Origin: Peribolospora baueri
Taxonomy: Eukaryota
DNA length: 64,000 nt
Direction: 5' to 3'
Assembly: GCA_029717555.1 (NCBI GenBank)
Contig: JAMDHS010000042.1
Coordinates: forward strand, 62,001 to 126,000
This document shows, one piece after another, positions 54,898 through 64,000 of this stretch; positions within the stretch are counted from its first letter, which is position 1, and each line of letters begins with the position of its first letter. The position numbers and the translations under genes were made by a program. The notes under the pieces are model-generated. The model saw nothing but the letters and a program-made list of their open reading frames with translations, was not told the origin of the DNA and did not search any database.

Positions 54898-57514
54898 TCA
54901 GTTCCAAGCCGCCTCCGCGTACAGGGGATAAAGATCCTGAGTGGTGAGGCTGTTATAAAGCACAGCGTCGGAGACAGAGTAGCGCTTTGCCGACTGGAGT
55001 CCGTTGAGGATGTTGACGATCGAGTGAACGATAAAGTCGACAAAGACGACGTCTACCGCGTCTTCCGGAGAGGTCACGTTGCCATACAGCGGCGAGCCGA
55101 CATAGTCCGGGTACGGCACGTAGGGGATGGCAACGTGCTGGAATAGTCAAGGCGAGGAATTGATAAAGGCTCAGTCACGTACGCGGGCCTGGAAAGCCTC
55201 GACCTCTATCCCTATGATGGTGCTCACCTCGGTATCATCACCAAAACCATCGCAACTGTCCTTGGTGACGTAGCCGAGCGTCGCCTGCTCGGCAGCGCGA
55301 GCATCAAGGCGCGCGAGGTCCCTTTGACCCTGTTCGCTCTGCTTCTGCACCCAGCGTTGGTAGATGTGCTCGACCTCTCCATATCCGTAGAGTTCCCTCT
55401 CTTCGGCGAGACTGTGCGGGTGCGTGGACTCCTTGAGCGAGCCGAGGCTGGAGTGGGAGGTCGAATCCGAGGTAGAGCGCTTGCTGCTCGCCGTGGCCGC
55501 GGAATTGTTGTTCAATGCGTTGACAAGCTGGCTCGCGTACTTCCACGGGACGTCCCGAATGTACAGGAACGCGTCGGTGAACGGCGACACAATGTACTCG
55601 TCGTTCTTTGTGAAAGGCCCGGAGTAGACATCGAAACGCTGAGAGCCAGAATTGGCGATCACAATGTTGGGCGTGTCGTTGCGCGCCGGGTTTGACGTGG
55701 AGATGACGGTGGGGAGGACCTTGTTGGCGAAAAGGTTGATCAGCGATGAAGAGTCGTTAGCGGACACGCGCTCGAGGTAGTAATCCTGGGGAGCGGTGCC
55801 GAAAACCTCCGTAAGGTCTAGAAGGAGGGAGATCGGAGAATGGGTCAGCCGTAGTCTATTAGGTCCCCCCGGAGTACCCGAATAAGACGGCGTATAGTCA
55901 CTCCAAGAGTCCGCAACCTTGGCCATGGCAGCGGTGATAGACTTCCCCTTTGCAGTGTCGAACCTGTCCTCGCTCAGCTCCGCGTGGAACGCCTGTCGAG
56001 GATGCAAGCGAGTTCAGCGTAGGCGTCAGGAAAGGCGTGTCGGCCCGCGCCGACGTCACCATGGCACTCACGTAATTCCTCCTGTTCGCGTCTATGTACG
56101 TCCTCGAAAAGGTTAAATTTTTATTGGAGCCTTGCTTCAAACCGCTCACACCCATCCAGCCGATCGTCTCAAGGTATCTTCCGCTCTCAAGGCCCATGCT
56201 CCTTCCGTCGAACATGACGCAATCACGGATGTGAGTGTGGCCCCCGAGGACGAGGATGGGGGTGTCCGGGTGGACGGCCCTGATGGCATTGATGACATCA
56301 GGGAACTGGTCATTGCGGACGGGCATGTGACCGGTGAGGAGGAACAAATCAGGCGCAGACTGGATTGCCTCGGCGAACCAGGCCTCCTTGACCATCTCGG
56401 CCGGGTCTTGCACCGTCGTGCCCAAGTCGTTGCCGGTGAAGTTGAAAAGCACGCCGAAGGCGGTCACCTTCCGGCCCTGGTCGGTAGTGAACTTCGTGTA
56501 CCGGGCTCCGACGGGTACGGAGACGTTCTGGCCAGTCTTGTCAGCGTAGCTAATGTTGACGTTGGAGGCGAGGTAGCGGCCGCGCTGTTCAGGCACGAAG
56601 TATTTGTACACGTCATTCGTCACAGCCCACTTGTACAGCTCGTGATTGCCAATGGAGAGCACGTCGTCTGCGAGGAAAAGGAAGGACCGAATGAATTGGG
56701 TGAAAGAATCGGCAAGCCCCGACGTTGACAAACTCACATGGCACCATGGAATGGAATTGATTGGACACATGGCCATCCACGGGGAACTTGGACTTCGCCG
56801 GGAAGCCATCAGAGAGCCCAGCACCGTCGTGCAGCTAGAAGGTAGGAGAAAAAAAAAGATAACATTAAAAGGTGCCGCGGTCAAGATCAACGTACGTGAT
56901 GGAGCCCAGGCCAAAAGGTCAAATAGTGAAAATTTGAGGCCTACTCACATCGCCGGTGTCGACAAGGAGAAGGTCGACTCCCTTCTTCTTCGCGAGGTTC
57001 TTCATATGAGAGACGAAGGAGGCAAAGTCGCCCCAGTCCCCGGAGAAGTTGGGCTCAGGGTAGGACGATTTCATGTGACCTTGGTACCATCCATGGATGT
57101 CGGTCGTATGGATCACATTGACCTCAATGCAAAAGGAATAAAAAAAAGAGAACCAAAAAAAAGAGTTAGATAACACGGTCTGTCAGCGAACCTGCTGGTC
57201 CCCTCTCATCCAGATCCCTGCATGCGTCCATGGCGCCGGGGGACCAGTTTTCTCCAGGTGCCCCCCGTGCCCCTTCACCTCCGTCTCTGTGGGCCAAGCG
57301 ACCATCTCCTGGAGCCAAGCGAGGCTGCTCTTGGGCACCTGTCGAAACTCACCTCGCCCCAAGTAAGATTCCTGAGCAAACTGGTGCCACCGCTGGGCTG
57401 AGTGCTGCCTCGCGAAGAGCGGCGACGAAGCTCGTGCTTATGGTCGTCACCTGGACAGGCCAGCGCGGCGGTGGCGGCGAGCGCGAGGGGCAGTAGAGAG
57501 GTGAGCAAGTGCAT
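54898..57514 (-). CDS. Secreted 5'-nucleotidase-like metallophosphoesterase, 6 exons
   Basis: Signal peptide [62 protein letters not shown]. Confidence 0.9.
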
Positions 57515-58042
57515 AGTGCCGAACTGTATAGGCACGAGGGCGGAACAGTAGGAGTAGAGGTGATTGGGGGCAAGGAAGGAGTAACGAGGGTGCTGATCGT
57601 CCAACCGCCGAAAGGGCGATCCTCGGGGTGTAGGGGCTGTCTTATTGCAGAGGGGAGTGCAATGGGAGAGGAAGACCCATCTATATGAATCGCTGACAGA
57701 GGGCCAAGACCGAGAAAAGGAATCTAAAAGTGAGGTTGAAGGAAGGTCGAGAACGAAGAGGAAGGTCGAGAAGGAAGACGTTCACCGCCGGCACGTACGC
57801 GCCCGATCAGCGAAACGTGCCCAGTGTTATCGCCGCGTCTGAGCTGTAGCCGACATCATGCTGCCGTACATGACCTGATATAAGTGGCGACATCCGAAGT
57901 AGAAGTGTCGCCGTTATCCCCAATCGAGTCCCATCGTTTCGAAAATCCTTGGTAGGATCTCAAAGATCAGATGTCCTTAATCGCTATTGTACAGAATGGC
58001 ATGTATGACAGGCACAGAAGGGTTACCTTTTTAGTCGGGCCG

Positions 58043-58864
58043 TCACTCCTCGTCTCGCTCTGGCGGAGGACCACATGGTTGGAGCATTCGCTGCACAGAA
58101 AGAAAAAAAAAGAGACACGAGGAGGACGAATACGGCCCATGTCAGCGTCAACAGGCGCCGGTCACTGCGCCCATACCATCGACACCGTAACCCTCCTCCT
58201 GCCAATGGAGCTGCTATGGGCCCCAGATCCTGAACAGGGATTACTCTCTCCATCGACGCCGCAAAGCGCTCTTCTCCGAACTGCACCTCTCGTTCACTCA
58301 CCTCCGTCAGCTCAAATTTGATCCGACCTTTCGCCTCGCCGTCAGCGATGGCCACATAAGAGTGGAGTGGCGGATGGCCGATGATCGAGGCATTGGTGTC
58401 CCGGTGTTGATGTGTGATCCACTCGCTGAGCAGCAAAGATTTGGTACCGTGAGAGAACATAAGCAAACAGGACCGTGAGCGCCGACAATGGTAACTTTCA
58501 TAGGTAGGACACGCCCATCGAAGGTGATTCTGCTCACTACTTAGTGATGTCCGCGTGGCCAGTGCCCGTGTAGCGAGCGTGGACTGAACAAAGAAGAATA
58601 CAACATAGTAAAGGTAGAGCGCCACCCAGATCAATACACTATACCGCCCAAAATATTGGCTTGATGGAAGGGATGTAATACCCAGAGACGACGGAATGCG
58701 AGAAACTTACGGTGCTCCAGCTGCGTGTTGGCCGTGTAGCGCAGTTCGGCCTGTCGGAACACATGAGCGCATTGATGTTAGCATCACGACGTGAAAGACA
58801 CATGAACATCTTCCAAAGTTAGCTTCAGCTACTCTGCAAAAGCCAAAATGGGGGAGCTTACCAT
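58043..58864 (-). CDS. SF3B5: Splicing factor SF3b subunit 5 (Ysf3/SF3b10), 5 exons; not recognisable as a whole in the ORF track
   Basis: Spliced translation M|AELRYTANTQLEHL|HARYTGTGHADITKY|EWITHQHRDTNASIIGHPPLHSYVAIADGEAKGRIKFELTE|RMLQPCGPPPERDEE*; family motifs QLEHL, YxGTGHAD, HRD, MLQPCGPPP. Confidence 0.95.
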
Positions 58865-59069
58865 GATGAGAGTGCTAGTCGACCGAAGTGGTGGCAACAG
58901 CTTGGAATGGACATCCACCAAAACGATTGCTACCGGACCTTCGCCGCAGCCGCCTCGTGCGCTCTTGGCTTGCGGACCGGTGATCTCTCGGCCCTCCCCT
59001 GTTGTCCGCATCCACCTCTTATTTCATCATCTTCAACTTCGTCTTTCTTTTCTTTGTCCCTCGAGCAAG

Positions 59070-60778
59070 ATGTCGGGCCCCTCCGCCGCCTCCGCCAATG
59101 CAGTGGCTGAGCAGATTCTAAAGGCTGCAGAGACACAGCGCTCTCAGTCCACCGGGGTTGAGCTGCCCGCGTTCGTGCCCACCCAGCATCCTCATAGGAG
59201 GTGGAATCCTTTGCTCGGAAGCCACGTCTTGTGCTCGCGTGAGTTGTAAAAGCAGTCAAAGGCGAGACGGCATGGTAAGCGGATCACGGTGTAGTCTGGA
59301 GGCTTATAGCTCTACTCACATGCTATCCCCTTCGCTCGAGACAGCTCATCGCGCGCAGCGGCCATGGCAAGGCGCCCAAGAGACGCCGTCATCCGATGCG
59401 CTACCCGAGTACGACCCCAAGTGCTATCTCTGCCCGGGCAACGAACGCGCTTCAGGAGGAATGAACGACAAGTTTGAGGGCACGTTTGTGAGTTTTAGTT
59501 GGATCCGGAGCGGAGAGATGAGGAAGCTGGATCGCATAAGAGGCGGCGTGTTGAGATTTGCTGGCCGTCTTGTTTTTACGGGATGCTATCATCCCCAGAT
59601 ATTTGAAAACGACTACGCGGCCGTGAAGGCTCAAGATGTCGCACCTGCGGAGGACGGTGGGTGTGCTCTCGGCTCATGTTTTCTTCTGCTTACCAGAGCG
59701 TCCCATGATCCCCTGTTTGCGATGTCGACGCTCTGAAAGCCCTCTTGCTAACTTTTGTTTGGCGCTTCTTTTCGACGATCCGCGCCGCTCCTATTGATTG
59801 CAGCCCATCCTCTCCTCGTCTCGAAGCCCGTTCGCGGCAAGTGCTACGTCCTGATCTTCCACCCTTCGCACAACCTCACTCTCGCTCAGCTCTCCTCCCC
59901 TCCCTACTCCGCCAAGACGCACCTCTTGCCCATCGTCTCCGCTTGGACATCCATCTACACCACCGTGCCGAAAGCGTACCCATACATTCGCTACGTTCAA
60001 ATCTTCGAGAATAAGGGAACGAGCATGGGCTGCTCCAACCCGCATCCTCACGGCCAAGTATGGAGTCTGGATTACGTCCCCGAGGAGCCTGCCGCGGAGT
60101 TGGAGAACCTTAAGAAGTACGCCGAGGATCCGGCCAATTCGCAATCGAACGGGCCGCGGGATAAGAACGGCAAGCCGAACATGCTCCTCACCTACGCCCA
60201 CCTCGAGCTTTCACTACCGGGCCGTCCCCGCGTCGTGGCGAACAACGAGCACTTTGTCGCCGTCGTGCCGTATTGGGCCGTATGGCCATTCGAGATCCTC
60301 GTCCTCCCCTCCTCGCGTCACATCCCTTCGCTGGCGGAGATGACGGACTCCGAGCGCGAGTCGCTTGCAGAGATGCTAGGCGAGGTGGCATGCAGGTATG
60401 ACGGCCTCTTCAAGTGCTCCTTCCCATACAGCATGGGCATCCACCAGAGGCCTGTGCCTAAGGGCGTCACGGAGAATCCGGAGCAAGAGGCGCTGGGAGA
60501 GTACGCCCAATTCCACATCCACTTCTACCCCCCACTGCTCAGGAGCGCCACAGTACGCAAGTTCCTCGTAGGGTAAGTAACAACTGAGCAGGCGGCCCGT
60601 CGTCTTCCCAGCTCGCTCATCAGCCCTTTCCGTCTCGTCCCCTGCTTTCGATGTCTACGCCCTCATCAGCTTCGAAATGATGGGCGAACCGCAACGCGAT
60701 CTGACAGCCGAACAGGCGGCCGACCGTATCCGCGCCTGTCCCACCGTCCACTACAGCAGTCCGGCCTTCAGCGGTTGA
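59070..60778 (+). CDS. GAL7: Galactose-1-phosphate uridylyltransferase, 5 exons
   Basis: HRRWNPL, HRAQRPWQG, CYLCPGN, FENKGTSMGCSNPHPHGQ, PPLLRSATVRKFLVGFE, QRDLTAEQAA. Confidence 0.97.
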
Positions 60779-61000
60779 AAGGACATGTCCGGGCCAGCTT
60801 GCGACGGCCGCAGTTTCGGATGAAGGTATTGACCTTCGGCCATCTCTTCGAGGACGTCTGTGCACATACCCGAACCTCTTTCGTGCGCTAGACGTTTGAA
60901 TTTGCGAGTGTCGTTATGCGCTTTACGGAAGAATAGAGTTCTATTTCATTCCATTCCACTCCACTCTAGATCGGGACGCTCCTGATTCATGAAAGAGGGG

Positions 61001-62147
61001 TCAGTATATCTGCAGTCGTGTTGACGTTCAGGAAGGGCGGAAAGGAAAGGGCGCGAGTCAGGCGTCGTCTGCGCATGTCCCAGCAATGCGACTGCGTTAT
61101 GTTTCTCTAGTCAGTTGCTGGCGACGCACCTCGTCGAAAGGCCTGGTGTCTTTAAAACAGCTCTCCCACACCTCGTCTACCGTTCGCTCAGCCGTCGCAT
61201 CGTCTGGGCAGTTCGGGTTCGCTCGTACGGAGATGATGGCGCGGCGTCGTGCGCAGGCCTACGGCGAGACAGCAGCAGAGAAGTGGCGGAAGCGCAGTAA
61301 AAGTGAAGGGGGAGAATGAATAAGCTATGTATCATCCGCGTCATGCAAGGAAGAAGCATGCCATTCGGTACGTACTTGATGCTGCTTGGTGAACGTGTAA
61401 AAACCTCTTCGGAGTTCGCGAGGCCATCGGCAATCGCCCGATAGCGAGGCGGCTCGGATCTTTGACGGAAAAGGGGAGAGCGAAGAAGGAGGGTGATAGT
61501 CGTCGTGAGCTTGAACACGCACAACTGACGGCCGCTCCTTCCAACGGGTCAGATCCACCCACCTCGCTACAAGCGTGATGCTTCAAGTCCGCCCAATCGA
61601 CTTTGAACCTGCAATGATCCCACCAGTGAATCATCTCGTGCGCCAGCGTGTCCTCCATGTGCTTCTTGCTCATCATCCTGTTTGAGCACAGGAGGATGCC
61701 ACTCTGAGACGGGTCGTCCGGAGAAGAGGGAGAGAAGCCTCCGGCGATGGTGGAAGGGCAGGGGGCAATGAGAATCTTGGGTACGCGAGGGTCTGGGGCG
61801 GGAGAGCGGGTTCGGGGCCCAGCGCTGCTGCCGCTCTGAGCGGAGGGGGCTGCGGGTGCCTGGACAGGTGGAGAGGAGGGAGATTGCGAGGCAGTGAACT
61901 GCGCTGCTGGATCGCAGGAGAGGAGCCGGAGGTGTTTGGTCATGAATCGGATGATGGGACCTGGAAGAGGGCCGAGATGCGAGGAGGACGATCAGAAAGC
62001 CTGGAGGATAGGGATACTACTAGTATGAAGAAGCAGCGAGAAGATAATCGACGCACTTGTCCTCATCAAGTCGTCTCTCCACCCCTCGCACATTTCCCTC
62101 TGAGCCCTCTCATCTGCCGTCTCCTCTCTATCCCAAAAGTCCTCCAT
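61001..62147 (-). CDS. ATP23: Mitochondrial inner membrane protease Atp23, 5 exons (9-nt terminal exon IY*)
   Basis: [23 protein letters not shown] (HEXXH), [29 protein letters not shown]; start uncertain. Confidence 0.92.
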
Positions 62148-62468
62148 GCTCTACCCGTCGTGGAAGTTGCTGAGATCGGTGGTTTCGAGTTTGGTGAGTC
62201 CAGCAAGAAGCATCTTCCGTCCGCTGCGGCACGATCACTTCCTTCTTATTCCGAGTCGGACTTTTTTCCCTCGAAGTGACGGCCACCATCAGCTTGACCC
62301 TCACCACAAGCTCGACGTCGTCTTTTGCTCTCCTAACCCCTTCTCCTGCGCTCCTATACCCTCCGGATGCCCCCTAGAGCAACCCGGTACCTCGTCCCGC
62401 GTCTCTGCCCGGCGCACCGTCTACAACCACGACCACCACATCGAGAGCGCGCGGTGTACGCGATGTGA

Positions 62469-63120
62469 CCCCCAACGCCCACTCCTGATCCCACCCCGGC
62501 TCTTCCGCCTCCGAACCCCAGCACTAGGGTGCGCCAGCTCGTACCAAACCCCAACGACATTGGCTTACTCGCTCTCTCCGCAGTGAAGATCCTCCAGACG
62601 ATTCTGGCGAGGTCCAAAAAGACTGCCACCAGGAAGGTGGCTGCCGACGTCAAGGACACGGGTTTGCCGAGATGACGTTGCGCCAAGAAGACCGTGGCGG
62701 AAGGGGCGGCAGGAGTCGAAGATGCCGTTTTGGACGCATAGTAGGAGCGTCCACTCTTGGCGGCGTCGACGTACGACCTCCTGCTGATGCGGGATGGGGT
62801 GAGGGCACCAGAGCCCTCTGACGGAGTCGCAATCCCCCAATCCCCGCCCCAGGTCGAGCCTGATTGTCCTCTTCGGCAACAAAGAAGCTGCCAACCGAGC
62901 TATACAACGTGGAGTAGCCATCGCCAGCGAGTTCAAACTGGCCCAGAAGGCGAGGCGGTCGGTCCGCCAATGTTATCGATGCTGCTCATTAGACCACACG
63001 ACCGTCCACTGCACGGCCACCCCGCGCTGCGCTAGATGCGCCTCCTCTTCCCACTCCCTCCGCCAGTGTGCCTGCCCCGACAACCAAGGCTGCTCGCCGA
63101 AGGAGTGCACCCGCAGATGG
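62469..63120 (+). mobile_element. Decayed non-LTR retrotransposon (LINE, Tad1-like) ORF1/gag relic
   Basis: Frame from 62821 reads SSLIVLFGNKEAANRAIQRGVAIASEFKLAQKARRSVRQCYRCCSLDHTTVHCTATPRCARCASSSHSLRQC (tandem CCHC-type knuckles); upstream part broken by stops and a frameshift; no ORF2. Confidence 0.75.
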
Positions 63121-63716
63121 AACAGCCGAAATCCGGCCGATCTCTGCGGTACTTTCATTTTGCGTTTGTACGACCGCGCCATGCGACGGACACTCACCGT
63201 CCCTTTGCGCCATAAGGTCGTCTATGTATGTACTTACGGGTTCTTCAAGGGCAATCGCTATGTGACCTTCTCACTCGGCTTTCTCACCATCTTTTAAACA
63301 TAAAATCGCAGCGAATGCTGGAGGCGTTTCCAGCTCTCGCATGATCCCGATGAAGACTTGTCGCCGGACTCGGCCATTCTTTTGGACTCGGGTTTGTGTC
63401 TGTGGGGCCATTTCTTTTCCTCACCTGGCTAGAGAGACCAAAGGAGAGGGAGACCACAAATCTAAGTGCGGCGTGTTTGTATCGGTGTCGGAGCTGCGAG
63501 GTCTGAGTTTTTTCCTCGACATTCTTTGCTGACCTTGGGTCTGACGAACCCGCACTCTAAGGCCTTATGAGAGGGGCAGGTCGGACGAACAAGGTCCTTA
63601 CGCCCCGTCCACCTCAGTGCTGACGATGCGGTTCCACTCCCCTGCCAACTCGGCGCAAAGCTTGAAGTACTGCTCCACGGTGGTTCGGAATCTAGACGTT
63701 CGAAAGCTTGACTCAC

Positions 63717-63899
63717 TACATGTCCTCATCGATATTAGCAATCAACTTTGCATAGTGCCTTCTAGCCTTTTGCGTCTTCTCTGTAGGTGGCAAGATGAGG
63801 ATGAGCCAGAACTTGGCGTAATTGACGCGAAGGGAGGCGTCCATGTCGAAGTAGAGGCCGTGGTCGAGGAGAACGATCTCAAAGTTGTAGGGGCTTCGG
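63717..63899 (-). CDS. Internal exon of an ABC1/UbiB atypical kinase (Mcp2/ADCK1-like); 5' part outside window, 3' exons not found
   Basis: TAG acceptor then RSPYNFEIVLLDHGLYFDMDASLRVNYAKFWL...IANIDEDM, followed by a GTGAGT donor at 63716. Confidence 0.75.
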
Positions 63900-64000
63900 C
63901 TACAGGGCGAGGCGGGGCGACGAGGCGACCGCAGCGTAAAAAAAAATCTAGAAACAACTCATCCTGGCACCAACGCTCATGGGTTTCGATCGGCCCCGTG

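Noticed and set aside
56132..56728. Long antisense ORFs (also 43855-44376, 24883-25542, 21531-21908 and others)
   Set aside because: Shadow ORFs opposite real GC-rich coding exons
58023..58634. 203-aa minus-strand ORF in the track
   Set aside because: Read-through of SF3B5 introns; only one exon is in the real frame

Overview
Gene-dense, GC-rich, intron-rich fungal DNA (basidiomycete-like; lineage not determinable from this window). Manual splicing gives about 26 complete protein-coding genes plus two partial ones: two Zn2Cys6 transcription factors, IMP2, a MARVEL-like membrane protein, LEU5, RAD6/UBC2, AOS1, U1A/U2B'', a YFH7-like kinase, BNA1, RPC82, an MTF2-like protein, CK2 alpha, a YMC1-like carrier, KAE1, an AIM6-like protein, NDUFS7, CDS1, MVD1, an AKR7-like reductase, a GT8 glycosyltransferase, a secreted 5'-nucleotidase, SF3B5/YSF3 (not recognisable as a whole in the ORF track), GAL7 and ATP23. 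Near the right end lie a decayed LINE ORF1 (zinc-knuckle) relic and an orphan ABC1-kinase exon. I found no tRNA, rRNA or CRISPR array, and no clear novel multi-gene system. The unusual signals are mostly in RNA processing: (i) two tandem, symmetric, mutually similar presequence exons in NDUFS7; (ii) relaxed splice sites, with 5 GC-AG introns and 8 GTGGGY donors among about 125 introns, one GTTTTT donor and one GAG acceptor; (iii) micro-exons of 5-23 nt, including ones that split both zinc clusters; (iv) possible autoregulatory elements in the SF3B5 and U1A/U2B'' introns; (v) an orphan coiled-coil ORF broken by two apparent +1 frameshifts. All gene names come from motif recognition, not database searches.
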